Notes: generated from the sequence alone by a model not told the origin. A DNA stretch of 64,000 nucleotides from Alkalispirochaeta sp. (GCA_965242725.1 CBDESZ010000018.1:288001-352000); one strand, 5' to 3'. Counted from the first letter of the stretch, positions 40,929 to 50,682 are shown. Numbers and translations are program-made.

Positions 40929-41855
40929 ATGTCTACACCCTTGCGGCAACAGCACATGGCAACTTTCCTGCGTAACCGACTCACGCCTGCTCTGCCCGTA
41001 CCAACCAACGTTTCTCCCCGGCTCAGGAGAATGGACAACGTGCGATGGGTCGTGTTCGACGTCTACGGAACACTATTAACCTCCGCCGCGGGAGAGATCG
41101 GCTCCGCCGCCGATGGAACTCACCATGAAGAATCGACGCGGTTCCTTCCGAAACGATACGTGCCCTCCCATGAAGGCGGTACTGTATCCATTGAAATGAT
41201 CCGGTCACTCCTTCACACCGAAATAGTGCGGCACCATGACCGCCACCGCACGTCGGAGATCCCCCAGCCGGAAGTGGACATCAGGGCCGTCTGGTCGGTG
41301 GTCCTCCCGCAGATAGGGTGGAAGGAACCACCGCGGGAGTTTGTTGAAGAAATCGCACTCTGGTATGAAACCGAAATGAACCCGCTCTGGTCGATGCCGG
41401 GGGCGGCGGAGACAATAGCCGCGCTTTCGCCTCATTACCATCTCGGTATCATCTCCAACGCCCAGTTTTATACCCCCCCGATACTGGAAACGCTCTTTCA
41501 TCAGCCCCTGACCAAACTGGGGTTTTCCCTCTGCATATGGTCCTACCGGGAGGGTGTCGCGAAACCGTCTCCTCTGTTGTTCGATCGTTTTACCCGGGCA
41601 GCGACGCGCATTGATCCCACTTTCAAACCTGGGGATGTACTGTACATCGGAAATGATATGGGCAATGATATATTTCCGGCGATAAAACAGGGGTACAGAA
41701 CCGCTCTCTTCGCGGGAGACCTCCGATCCCTCCGCCTGAGAGAGGAAGATCCCGTCGTTTCGTCGGCACGGCCCGATGTAATCATTACCGAACTTTCCCA
41801 ACTGTTTGATATACTGCCGTACAACGGGGAATCCCGGAGAGGAATTGAATTATGA
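40929..41855 (+). CDS. HAD-superfamily hydrolase
   Basis: FDVYGTL, ISNA, AKPS, IGNDMGND motifs. Confidence 0.87.
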   Translation: MSTPLRQQHMATFLRNRLTPALPVPTNVSPRLRRMDNVRWVVFDVYGTLLTSAAGEIGSAADGTHHEESTRFLPKRYVPSHEGGTVSIEMIRSLLHTEIVRHHDRHRTSEIPQPEVDIRAVWSVVLPQIGWKEPPREFVEEIALWYETEMNPLWSMPGAAETIAALSPHYHLGIISNAQFYTPPILETLFHQPLTKLGFSLCIWSYREGVAKPSPLLFDRFTRAATRIDPTFKPGDVLYIGNDMGNDIFPAIKQGYRTALFAGDLRSLRLREEDPVVSSARPDVIITELSQLFDILPYNGESRRGIEL

Positions 41856-42697
41856 AAAAAGGCGTTGTGATCATCGTTATCCTAGTGATTCTTGGTGGTG
41901 TTGTCTTCGGATTTGGATACGTTCCGCTTCGGGTAGAACCGGGGCAGCAACTGTTGATGTTTTCGAAAACAAGCGGCTGGGACAGTGAACCCATCAGCCC
42001 AGGGGAGTTTTCATGGCGCTGGCAGCTTCTCATTCCGACAAACGTGACGTTCTATACAATTTCGTCACAGCCCCGTCGGGTAGCGGTACAAAGCACCACG
42101 GCACTGCCTTCAGCCGATTTGTATCGAGAGTTTCTGGAGGGGACCCCGATTCTTGAAGAACGAATCTCAATGCGGATACGGTATCGAATTTCCGACGCCG
42201 GGGTCCTTTCCCTTGCACCGTCCGGCATCGATCCCGGCAGTCTGGAACGATGGTACGCAGATATGGACGATCAGATTTCACGCACCGCCCTCCAGGCGGT
42301 ACGGCTCACCTTTCGACGCCTCCTTGAGGGGGATACCGACGCAGTCGATTTTACCACTCCCGTTGTCGAGGCGGTGGAGTCGGCGATTGCCCTGGAGCAT
42401 GAAGAGATTATTCTTGAATCGGTCATCATTGAAGATGTCCTTGTGCCGGACATTGCACTCTACAGGCTGGCCCGCGAAACCTACGGCGCAGTGCAGCGGC
42501 AGCGACAGGCTGCATTGGAAAACATGACCGCAAGCGCGACCACTGCGCGGGCACTTCAGAATGAACGTCTTGAGACCCTCGCCCGTTATGGAGAAATCCT
42601 CGACCGCCACCCGATTTTGCTTGAATACCTTGAGATCGCCGCCCGCCACGAAGAAGACCCCCTCGATCTCAGAGGCCTGGAAAGCGTCGTCGAATAA
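41852..42697 (+). CDS. Membrane-anchored hypothetical protein (SPFH/band-7-like)
   Basis: N-terminal TM, beta region, coiled C-terminus ending HPILLEYL; family assignment tentative. Confidence 0.55.
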   Translation: MKKGVVIIVILVILGGVVFGFGYVPLRVEPGQQLLMFSKTSGWDSEPISPGEFSWRWQLLIPTNVTFYTISSQPRRVAVQSTTALPSADLYREFLEGTPILEERISMRIRYRISDAGVLSLAPSGIDPGSLERWYADMDDQISRTALQAVRLTFRRLLEGDTDAVDFTTPVVEAVESAIALEHEEIILESVIIEDVLVPDIALYRLARETYGAVQRQRQAALENMTASATTARALQNERLETLARYGEILDRHPILLEYLEIAARHEEDPLDLRGLESVVE

Positions 42698-42702
42698 TGC
42701 CC

Positions 42703-44502
42703 CTACCCGACGCCTTCCGCGGCATCTCCTCTCTCGGACGTTGCCGCGGCGGCGGTGCGGGTACGGCCGGATTTGCCCCCCCGCGAAATGATTCGCAGCA
42801 CCCGCAACGTCTCGTCTATCAGGGCGATATATGTGCGCAGTCGGTCGTTCAACGATTCCATTCCCGCCGCAAACCCCTCATAGCTCTCGTATCGTTCCAT
42901 AAGTTCCTTGTGCTTTCCATCGAGAATACCGCGAAATGAACGGACAACACCGGAAAGACACTCGATGAAATCATCAATTATGTGACGGCTTTCATCCCCG
43001 ATTTTCTCTTCCTCTGCGGCGCGGCGACTTTTCAGACTCTCCGAATCCTCACTATTCCGCTGTTGAAGAAAGACCGCCCCTCGTTCCGTCGTTTCCGCGA
43101 CGGAAGCGTCCAGGTTTCTCAATCGTTCTTCGACCCGTTCGAGTTCCTTCACCGAATCAAGGACCTCAATCTGTGTCCCTCCATAGACGGGCGCGATTTT
43201 CTCGATGAGGGCGACAAACTCACGCAAACCGGCACGATAGGTATCGCGAAAAAAGGCGTCTATCACCTGAAGAGATGTGAACAGGACGGGACCTCTCCTG
43301 TTATTCCCGCCGTCCTCTCGATAGTGGACGTCCCGACGGATGTGCTGGAATTCCCTCATCCCCCGTGGAAAGAGGTCATGGAGGATCGAGGCGACTACAG
43401 CCTCCACAATTCCGTCAAACTCCCGCTCCAGCTCCTCCAGGACTTTTATCTTCAGGCTTGAATAATAAAAATCCCGCAGCCGGGGACGAGGCGTATACGC
43501 GTAAAAGCGGTGATACGGATCGTCGCGAAAATACCGAATGATCTCGACGAGAGGTACCTTTTCCTTTATCGCCTTTGCACCGTTCGTAACGGCAATGATC
43601 GCCTGTCGCAGGTACACCTCGCTCTCCCGTTCGTCCCGGGACGCAATTGAAGCGTATTGCTCAGCCAACTCGGGGTACACCACCGGTTCTCCCCGTATTT
43701 TACCCGCGCTGTATAACGCAACGTAGAGCTCTTCCAGCTGTTCGATCACGTCCGTCGCGGCGGCACGTTCCCATCGGGCATTCTTTTCCCCCTGCCCTTC
43801 GCCGGGACGAAACTTTGCAAGGAAGGATTCGTAGTCAAAGGTGGCAACCCGTTTAATGACATACAGGTGTTTCAAATCGTGCTCAATCTCTTCCAACACC
43901 GTAACGGGAATATCGTCTATGAAAGTTGCGATCCGTTGCAGGACCGTTTTTTTCACCTCTCCCTTGGAATCACTGTCCCTGTATATGCGTTGTAACTCTT
44001 CGGCATCGCAGAAATCATAGAGTGAATTTTTTGAGTCGGGAACTTTCTTCTCAAGGAGGTCATCCAGAACACTGCGGAGCAGTTCCGTCTTGCTCAGGAC
44101 TGTATGAAAGAACTCAACCGTCGGACGGGAGGCCGCCGAAAGCTCGTATACCGCCTGCGCCAGGGGCGGAAGAATCCGGTTGTTTGTGAAATCGACGTAT
44201 TCCGCCTGATATTCCCTGATTTCCTTCTTCAACTGGCTCAATCGAAAACGAACAAATACCTCTTCCTCACCACCGCTTGAAAACAGGCGGCGGAACCAGA
44301 AGATGATGCGCTCCCACAGCGTCAACCGCGACATGTCCGCGGCGATCAACGCGGCACGACGCTCGTTCTGAATTTTTTTATGGACAACCGACTGCCTGTC
44401 CGGCGTGTCGACGGTGAGGGCGCGGGTGATCCTTTTGTAGAGTTCCTTGCGTTCCCTGGCAGGCAGTGCCGACGCGAGCTCCTCTACACCAACCCGTTTC
44501 AC
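42703..44502 (-). CDS. Conserved spirochaete helical protein (DUF5312-like)
   Basis: About 600 aa helical protein; GTG 44502 overlaps the thiN stop; family from recollection. Confidence 0.55.
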   Translation of the reverse strand: MKRVGVEELASALPARERKELYKRITRALTVDTPDRQSVVHKKIQNERRAALIAADMSRLTLWERIIFWFRRLFSSGGEEEVFVRFRLSQLKKEIREYQAEYVDFTNNRILPPLAQAVYELSAASRPTVEFFHTVLSKTELLRSVLDDLLEKKVPDSKNSLYDFCDAEELQRIYRDSDSKGEVKKTVLQRIATFIDDIPVTVLEEIEHDLKHLYVIKRVATFDYESFLAKFRPGEGQGEKNARWERAAATDVIEQLEELYVALYSAGKIRGEPVVYPELAEQYASIASRDERESEVYLRQAIIAVTNGAKAIKEKVPLVEIIRYFRDDPYHRFYAYTPRPRLRDFYYSSLKIKVLEELEREFDGIVEAVVASILHDLFPRGMREFQHIRRDVHYREDGGNNRRGPVLFTSLQVIDAFFRDTYRAGLREFVALIEKIAPVYGGTQIEVLDSVKELERVEERLRNLDASVAETTERGAVFLQQRNSEDSESLKSRRAAEEEKIGDESRHIIDDFIECLSGVVRSFRGILDGKHKELMERYESYEGFAAGMESLNDRLRTYIALIDETLRVLRIISRGGKSGRTRTAAAATSERGDAAEGVG

Positions 44503-45149
44503 AAATGAAGGGGGAGGTCCAATTTGTGTACCATGAGGAGACGTCCGTCCCGAACCGTTATTCGGCATGGCATTTCCGTACACTCATTGCTGATACCGAC
44601 GTCGCCACGGGTCCATTCCAATCCATTGAGGGGCCATTTAAGTCCATAACTTTCCATTGTACATTTTTCATTTCCAACTGGAAAAAACGATACGACACCA
44701 TCCGAGGGGGCGTCAAATCGCATATCTCCTTCAATAACGGTTATCACATCGCGGTGGGTTATCCACCTCCAGGGATATATTTTGCGCTCAAACAGAGCAA
44801 GAATTCCCATGAGGTGGTCGATGCGACCTCCCCCGCCTCCAATGATGGTAGTCCTGGAAATCCCCCTGCTGTAGAGCTCTTCCAGGGCGATTTCCGTATC
44901 CGTCCAGTCCTTGTGCCGGGAGTACCGTATGACCCTACTCTCGTCAAATTTGGCCAGCCTGTCAAAATCTCTCAACGAATCCATATCGCCGACGAGAAAG
45001 TCCGGTTCAATACTCAGGGATATTGCCGCGTCCAGTCCCGAATCGGCCGCAACAACACACCACCGATCCCGCTGCCGGATGGTTACACCCTTCCCGGGCG
45101 ATTTACCGCCGGTAATGACAAGCCCTTCCTGTTTATACGTTTCCGGCAT
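44499..45149 (-). CDS. thiN: Thiamine diphosphokinase
   Basis: AADSG, VGDMDS, KDWTDTE, GGRIDH, GLKWPL..ISNE. Confidence 0.93.
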   Translation of the reverse strand: MPETYKQEGLVITGGKSPGKGVTIRQRDRWCVVAADSGLDAAISLSIEPDFLVGDMDSLRDFDRLAKFDESRVIRYSRHKDWTDTEIALEELYSRGISRTTIIGGGGGRIDHLMGILALFERKIYPWRWITHRDVITVIEGDMRFDAPSDGVVSFFPVGNEKCTMESYGLKWPLNGLEWTRGDVGISNECTEMPCRITVRDGRLLMVHKLDLPLHL

Positions 45150-45176
45150 TCGCTGATGGTACCGCACTTTTCCCGT

Positions 45177-45204
45177 TAAGTCGAACCACGAGGGCACCGA
45201 CAAT
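45177..45204 (+). promoter_or_regulatory. sigma28 promoter of flaB
   Basis: TAAG-N15-ACCGACAA directly upstream of the flagellin gene. Confidence 0.7.
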
Positions 45205-45210
45205 GTACAT

Positions 45211-45247
45211 GAGGACAGGGACGTCCTCGAAATTTCATCAAGGAGGA
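45211..45247 (+). promoter_or_regulatory. Putative CsrA sites in the flaB leader
   Basis: GAGGAC-AGGGAC-GTCCTC hairpin with GGA in the loop, plus GGA in the SD AAGGAGGA. Confidence 0.55.
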
Positions 45248-45251
45248 TGAC

Positions 45252-46124
45252 ATGATCATCAATCACAACATGAGTGCGATGTTCTCGCAACGGCAACAGA
45301 AGTTCAACAACATGGATGTTCAGGGAAACATCGAGAAGTTGTCTTCAGGGTTGCGGATCAACCGTGCCGGTGACGACGCGAGCGGTCTTGCCGTCAGTGA
45401 AAAGATGCGGTCACAGATTCGCGGCTTGAACCAAGCCGAACGAAACGCAAGTGACGGTATCTCGCTGATACAGACCACAGAAGGGTACCTGCAGGAGACG
45501 CAGGACATTCTGCAGCGACTGCGGGAGCTGGCGGTGCAGTCTTCCAACGGTATTTACACCAGTGAAGACCGCATGCAGATTCAGGTTGAGGTTTCACAGC
45601 TCGTGGACGAAATCAACCGGATTGCTTCCCATGCGCAGTTCAACGGAATGAATCTCCTCACGGGCCGTTTTGCCCAGGACACGGGTACCAACGTCGTAAC
45701 CGCAAGCATGTGGTTCCACATCGGCGCCAACATGGATCAGCGGGAACGCGTATTCATCGGAACGATGACCGCTCAAGGCCTCGGCCTTCAGAGCACATCC
45801 GGCCTGCCCCACACGGCCAGCTTTATCAGCTTGTCCACTCCCGATCAGGCGAACTCGTCCATTGCCGTCATCGACTCGGCTCTGAAACGGGTGAGCAAGC
45901 AACGTGCCGACCTCGGTGCGTATCAGAATCGGCTGGATATGGCCCGTGTCGGACTCAGCGTCGGTGCGGAAAACCTCCAGGCCGCAGAATCGCGAATCCG
46001 CGACGTCGACATGGCCAAAGAGGTTGTTGACTACACGAAGAATCAGATTCTCGTCCAGTCTTCCACCGCAATGCTCGCCCAGGCAAATCAGTCTACCCAG
46101 TCGGTTTTGCAGCTTCTCCAGTAA
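45252..46124 (+). CDS. flaB: Periplasmic flagellar core protein FlaB
   Basis: [56 protein letters not shown]. Confidence 0.98.
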   Translation: MIINHNMSAMFSQRQQKFNNMDVQGNIEKLSSGLRINRAGDDASGLAVSEKMRSQIRGLNQAERNASDGISLIQTTEGYLQETQDILQRLRELAVQSSNGIYTSEDRMQIQVEVSQLVDEINRIASHAQFNGMNLLTGRFAQDTGTNVVTASMWFHIGANMDQRERVFIGTMTAQGLGLQSTSGLPHTASFISLSTPDQANSSIAVIDSALKRVSKQRADLGAYQNRLDMARVGLSVGAENLQAAESRIRDVDMAKEVVDYTKNQILVQSSTAMLAQANQSTQSVLQLLQ

Positions 46125-46147
46125 TTTGGAGCGGGAGAGTAAAAATT

Positions 46148-46183
46148 CGGGCCGCCTCTTTGAGGCGCGCCCGTTTTTTTTTT
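46148..46183 (+). terminator. Intrinsic terminator after flaB
   Basis: CGGGCCGCCTC-TTT-GAGGCGCGCCCG imperfect stem followed by T10. Confidence 0.8.
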
Positions 46184-46194
46184 ATGATACGCAG

Positions 46195-47550
46195 ATGATC
46201 GCCCTTCCCGATACAGTTCGCCGATTTGCCCAACGGTACAGGGATGCCGGGTACCGTCTCTATGTGGTAGGAGGCGCCGTCAGAGACGAACTCCTGAAGA
46301 TGAAGGTATCTGATTTTGATTTTGCCACCTCCGCCCCGCCGGATGTCACACAGTCACTTTTCCGGAGAACCATTCCGACAGGCATCGATCACGGCACCAT
46401 AACCGTCCTTTTTGAAGGCGTCCCCTATGAAGTGACGACTTTTCGTGTCGAAGGCACCTACGGTGACCATCGCCGTCCCGATTCAGTACATTTTTCAGAC
46501 TCACTCCACGAAGACCTCCGTCGGCGGGATTTGACGATAAATGCTATGGCGATAGATCCGCTGACCGGCGAGTTGCACGACCCGTTCGGAGGGCGTGACG
46601 ATCTACGGATGCGAATCGTCCGTACCGTCGGTTCCCCTGCGGAACGGTTTGGCGAGGACGCTCTGCGCATGGTCCGGGCGATACGGTTCGTCACGACGCT
46701 TCAATTTGACATCGATACGTCCACAAGGGACGCAATAGGCGAAAACGCTCCGTCAATAGTCCACGTTGCACAGGAACGGATCCGGCAGGAACTGGAAAAG
46801 ATGATGGCCGCACCGCGCCCATCGGTGGGATGGAGTCTCTTTTCCGTGACGGGGCTTCTTGAGTTCATCATGCCCGAGCTGCTCGGAGACCGACAGCAGC
46901 ACTATCGGGAACGCGGCGGACCTCCCGTATTCGACCATCTTCTCGCCTCCTGCGATTGCGCCCCCCCGGATGATGGAATCCTGCGTTGGGCGGCGCTCTT
47001 TCATGACATCGGCAAGCCCGCTACCCTGGGGCACGATGAACGGGGTATTCACTTTCACACCCATGAGGTCGTCTCTGCGACTATGGCAAGGGAGATTATG
47101 GGCCGCCTTCGCTTCCCCAACGATACAATTCGGGATGTGGAACATCTTGTTGCCCACCACATGTTTGACTACGACACCTCATGGTCGGACGGAGCGGTAC
47201 GACGCCTCGTCTCACGGGTTGGACCGGACAGTCTTACCCGTCTCTTTGCCCTCAGGAGGATCGACATTTGCGGAAAAACCGGGCGTCCCGGTGAAAGCAG
47301 GGAATTGCGACATCTGGAAGAGCGGATCGCGCATCTTCTCTCAGGCAAACCGCCTTTGACGACAAAGGATCTCGCAATAGACGGCCGGGATATCATGGAG
47401 CTGTTGAATATACCGGCGGGGCCGACAATCGGAATCATTCTCCGGGACCTGCTGCAGACGGTCCTGGACGACCCGGCGACCAATACGTACGATCGCCTGG
47501 CCAGGGTGGCACGGAACTTTTACGAACAGCGTCTCAATACGGGAGCGTAG
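46195..47550 (+). CDS. cca: CCA tRNA nucleotidyltransferase with HD domain
   Basis: VGGAVRD, DFD, DLRRRDLTINA, RFGEDALRMVR, FHDIGK. Confidence 0.88.
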   Translation: MIALPDTVRRFAQRYRDAGYRLYVVGGAVRDELLKMKVSDFDFATSAPPDVTQSLFRRTIPTGIDHGTITVLFEGVPYEVTTFRVEGTYGDHRRPDSVHFSDSLHEDLRRRDLTINAMAIDPLTGELHDPFGGRDDLRMRIVRTVGSPAERFGEDALRMVRAIRFVTTLQFDIDTSTRDAIGENAPSIVHVAQERIRQELEKMMAAPRPSVGWSLFSVTGLLEFIMPELLGDRQQHYRERGGPPVFDHLLASCDCAPPDDGILRWAALFHDIGKPATLGHDERGIHFHTHEVVSATMAREIMGRLRFPNDTIRDVEHLVAHHMFDYDTSWSDGAVRRLVSRVGPDSLTRLFALRRIDICGKTGRPGESRELRHLEERIAHLLSGKPPLTTKDLAIDGRDIMELLNIPAGPTIGIILRDLLQTVLDDPATNTYDRLARVARNFYEQRLNTGA

Positions 47551-47568
47551 CGGAATAGGTCGGGAATC

Positions 47569-48318
47569 TCATTCCTCTTCATCACCCACAAGTTCCTCCC
47601 AGGCAACGCTCGCGGCGGCCTGTTCGGCTTCTTTCTTGTTCTTCCCTTCTCCCGGGCCGTACTTCGTTCCCTCGACGGTGACGTCAATCCAGAATGTTCG
47701 ATCATGGTCGGGACCCGTTTTCTTTACAAGCGAGTACTGGGGATAGGTGCGGTACCGTTTCTGAACGTATTCCTGGAGAAGTGTTTTGTAATCCTTCCGG
47801 TGCCGATCCTCGAGGACCTTCCTGATTTCCGGCTTGATGTAGCGGAGTACAAATTTCTTCGCCGCCTTGAACCCGGAATCCAGAAAAAGGGCGCCGATGA
47901 TCGCTTCCAGCGCGTCCGCAAGAATTGCCTTCTTTCGCCGTCCTCCCGAATGCTCTTCGCCCTTCCCGATGAGAATATAGTTGTCGATACGAATCGTCCG
48001 GGCAATTCCCGCAAGACTGTCCTCGCTGACGACGAAACTCTTAATGCGGGCGAGCTCGCCCTCCGGTTTGTCCGAGAGCGTCACATAGAGATATTCCGCG
48101 ACGACCAGCCCGAGTACGGAATCACCAAGAAACTCGAGACGCTCATTGTTTTCCACTGAGTTTCCCGCCTCATTCGCATGGGACCGGTGACAGAACGCCT
48201 GATTCAGAAGCTCCAGACGCTTGAATTTCACGTCGGCGTGACTTTCAAACAGATGAAGCTCTTTTTTGCGTTCCGAGTCGATTGATGGGGTCGATGAAGA
48301 GCTGCGTAAGAAGGGCAT
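47569..48318 (-). CDS. rnc: Ribonuclease III
   Basis: NERLEFLGDSVLG, ADALEAIIGA, dsRBD DYKTLLQE..KKEAEQAAA. Confidence 0.97.
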   Translation of the reverse strand: MPFLRSSSSTPSIDSERKKELHLFESHADVKFKRLELLNQAFCHRSHANEAGNSVENNERLEFLGDSVLGLVVAEYLYVTLSDKPEGELARIKSFVVSEDSLAGIARTIRIDNYILIGKGEEHSGGRRKKAILADALEAIIGALFLDSGFKAAKKFVLRYIKPEIRKVLEDRHRKDYKTLLQEYVQKRYRTYPQYSLVKKTGPDHDRTFWIDVTVEGTKYGPGEGKNKKEAEQAAASVAWEELVGDEEE

Positions 48319-48321
48319 AAC

Positions 48322-48361
48322 AAAAAGAGCCGACCGCATGAGTACAGTGCATACGGTCGGC
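48322..48361 (-). terminator. Hairpin plus U-tract between acpP and rnc
   Basis: GCCGACCGTATG-N9-CATGCGGTCGGC-TCTTTTT on the minus strand. Confidence 0.65.
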
Positions 48362-48382
48362 CGCTTCCTATGGTGATGAGAA

Positions 48383-48619
48383 TTACTTCTGCTGACTCTT
48401 AAGGAAGTTCAGCGCATCTCCAACGGTTTCAAATTCGTTCGCCTTCTCATCGGGGATGGCAATGCCCATCTCCTCTTCAATCGCGTAGACAAGCTCATAG
48501 GTGTCGAGGCTGTCCGCGCCGAGATCTTGTCGAAACGATGAATCGACGGTGATTTTATCCTCGTCAATTTCAAGCTTCTCTGCGATCAGCTTTTTCATTT
48601 TTTCGAACAATTCGTCCAT
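48383..48619 (-). CDS. acpP: Acyl carrier protein
   Basis: DLGADSLD motif, acidic, 78 aa. Confidence 0.97.
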   Translation of the reverse strand: MDELFEKMKKLIAEKLEIDEDKITVDSSFRQDLGADSLDTYELVYAIEEEMGIAIPDEKANEFETVGDALNFLKSQQK

Positions 48620-48637
48620 ATAACCATCCTCCTGTGA

Positions 48638-48826
48638 TTAGTCGAGATCTTCCGTGTCTACCACCCGCTTGCCGCGATAAAAACCGGACGTCGGATCGAC
48701 ACGATGTCTGCGAACCAGCTCCCCCGATTCCGGCGATGTTACCAGCGTCGGAATTCCAAGTTTTGCGTTGATTTTGCGGCGACGCCGCGTTCGTGCTTTC
48801 GAATGTTTACCCTTCGGTACTGCCAT
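48638..48826 (-). CDS. rpmF: 50S ribosomal protein L32 (cysteine-free form)
   Basis: MAVPKGKHSKARTRRRR..HRV..GFYRG. Confidence 0.93.
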   Translation of the reverse strand: MAVPKGKHSKARTRRRRKINAKLGIPTLVTSPESGELVRRHRVDPTSGFYRGKRVVDTEDLD

Positions 48827-48866
48827 TATATATATCCCTCACTAATTTCCAGTTAAAGATCAACGG

Positions 48867-48896
48867 ATAATATCGTCGGTCTGTATGATTTGTCAA
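48867..48896 (-). promoter_or_regulatory. sigma70-type promoter for rpmF-acpP-rnc
   Basis: TTGACA-N18-TATTAT. Confidence 0.6.
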
Positions 48897-48924
48897 CCTC
48901 GGTTGGAAACCGATAAACAGAAGA

Positions 48925-49407
48925 TCACACCTTACCGATCTTTTGACGCAATCGTTCTTCCACCAGCTTCGGCACCATGGCGCTCACATCACCCCCGAGG
49001 CGTACAAGCTCCTTTATCGAAGACGATCGAAGAACGAAATACTGGGCGTCGGTCGGAATGAAAATCGTTTCAATCTCGTTGTCCAGCCCCTTGTTGAGCA
49101 TTGAAAGCTCAAACTCATATGAAAAGTCCGACAACGCCCGGACACCGCGAATCATCACCGGAGCTCCTACCTTACGGGCAAACTCGACGATCATGCGATC
49201 CCAGAGATGAACACGCACATGCGGCCAGGGCTGTGTGAGCGTTTCCATCATTTCCAGCCGTTCATCGGCGTCGAAGGTATAGCTTTTCTGGTTGTTGTGC
49301 GCGACGACGACTTCGATCTGGTCAAAGATCTTTGCCGCCCGTTCTATAAGGTTGAGATGGCCGTTTGTAGGCGGGTCAAATGAGCCCGGCATAAGCGCTT
49401 TATGCAT
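48925..49407 (-). CDS. coaD: Phosphopantetheine adenylyltransferase
   Basis: PGSFDPPTNGH, IRGVRALSDFSYE, RSSSIKE. Confidence 0.96.
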   Translation of the reverse strand: MHKALMPGSFDPPTNGHLNLIERAAKIFDQIEVVVAHNNQKSYTFDADERLEMMETLTQPWPHVRVHLWDRMIVEFARKVGAPVMIRGVRALSDFSYEFELSMLNKGLDNEIETIFIPTDAQYFVLRSSSIKELVRLGGDVSAMVPKLVEERLRQKIGKV

Positions 49408-49412
49408 ATCCC

Positions 49413-49441
49413 ATAGTACCCGGCCAACTACAGATTGACAA
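49413..49441 (-). promoter_or_regulatory. sigma70-type promoter of coaD (likely leaderless)
   Basis: TTGTCA-N17-TACTAT-5 nt-ATG, no SD. Confidence 0.6.
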
Positions 49442-49445
49442 GAAA

Positions 49446-50171
49446 ATGCCCATGGACGATCGTAACACGGTGAAACCGGCTTACCTGTCCATCCTGATGC
49501 TCTCACTCGTCGTTGTACTCGCTGCCGCCGATGCACCTTCGCAGGAACTCCCCGACTGGATCCCCGTCGGGACGGTATCTCCGCCGCTGGTTCGCCATTC
49601 TCTTGAAGCCATGGCGCGTCTGCAGAGCAGAAATCCCGGCCAGCAACGGGCTGCGCTGCAGCTACTTCAGTCGGATATCAGAGAGTTCGGCAAGGCGGAA
49701 ATGCGTATTGCCGCGGTTCCCCTTGTCGCGGAGCTCCTCTCTCAGGAGTACCGCATACTCGGTTTTCCCGACGACTACCGCGTTGACACGACGATCCGCC
49801 TCTCCGCCCTTGACGTGCTGGCCGAGGTTGGCGGTGAATCGGCTCGTGAACATATTCGATACAGTCTCCTCCACGACAACGACGGCGCGATCAGAAGTCA
49901 CGCCGCCCGATTATTGGCGACCGTCCCCGGGACCGATCCCGACGGTGACCTTGCGGCGGTTTCACAGTCGCTGTTGCGTGCGGTTCGTGGAGGTGCTGAT
50001 GAGGCGGAAGTGAGCCGCACCCTTGATGCCGCGGCACAGCTGTCGCGTGAAGCGTGGTCACCTGACGTGCCGGACCTGGTGAGATCTTTAGTGCTGATTC
50101 ATGAGGGAAATTTTTCGCGAAGGATCAGGAGGTCGGCGATGGCACTCCTGGAGGAATTGGCCAACCGATAG
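49446..50171 (+). CDS. Exported HEAT-repeat-like protein
   Basis: Signal peptide (possible GTG start 49470); HEAT-like helices IRLSALDVLAEVG, IRSHAARLLA. Confidence 0.6.
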   Translation: MPMDDRNTVKPAYLSILMLSLVVVLAAADAPSQELPDWIPVGTVSPPLVRHSLEAMARLQSRNPGQQRAALQLLQSDIREFGKAEMRIAAVPLVAELLSQEYRILGFPDDYRVDTTIRLSALDVLAEVGGESAREHIRYSLLHDNDGAIRSHAARLLATVPGTDPDGDLAAVSQSLLRAVRGGADEAEVSRTLDAAAQLSREAWSPDVPDLVRSLVLIHEGNFSRRIRRSAMALLEELANR

Positions 50172-50329
50172 CCGACAGGCGAGGAGTCGGAGCCGTCCTG
50201 ATCGAGTATCCGCTCCGTCATGCGTCCGGCGAGAGTTTCCACGGCGTTGTCGATGTACGTCGGGTCCGCGAGAAACTCCCGGAGGCGTCGTATTTTTCCC
50301 GCGTCGATCTTGCGTGCTACCCTGGCCAT
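50099..50329 (-). CDS. Small protein resembling the FlgM C-terminal helices
   Basis: AAGGAG SD; IDAGKIRRLREFLADPTYIDNAVETLAGRM; overlaps the end of yraN. Confidence 0.5.
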   Translation of the reverse strand: MARVARKIDAGKIRRLREFLADPTYIDNAVETLAGRMTERILDQDGSDSSPVGYRLANSSRSAIADLLILREKFPS

Positions 50330-50682
50330 GGGGACTCGAATGCTCCTTCAATATGTTTGATCCGTCCGTTTTCATTGTCCACAAAGACAACATCAAAACG
50401 GTGTCGGCGGTCGCACAACGCCGCCTCTTCCATGAGGAAAACCCGTGCCGCGTCGATAATGCGCCGTTGTTTCTTCCCGTTGATTGCGTACTCCAATGCG
50501 GCCGTCGAATTTGCCGTCCAGCATTTGACTTCGACGTAGACGATGGTGTCGCCCCTTCCACATATAATATCGACCTCTCCCCGCCTACTCCTGAAGTTTC
50601 GGCGGTGAATTGTGTATCCTTTTGCCGTCAGGTATTCAGCCGCAATGGATTCGCCTCTCCCGCCCAATCGCCGGGTGTTCAC
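50317..50682 (-). CDS. yraN: YraN-family (UPF0102) protein
   Basis: GGRGESIA, NFRSRRGEVDII, YVEVK, RFDVV. Confidence 0.92.
   Translation of the reverse strand: MNTRRLGGRGESIAAEYLTAKGYTIHRRNFRSRRGEVDIICGRGDTIVYVEVKCWTANSTAALEYAINGKKQRRIIDAARVFLMEEAALCDRRHRFDVVFVDNENGRIKHIEGAFESPWPG

Noticed and set aside
45904..46194. 97-aa N-terminal extension of the CCA enzyme in the ORF track
   Set aside because: Overlaps flaB and its terminator; recognisable sequence starts at ATG 46195
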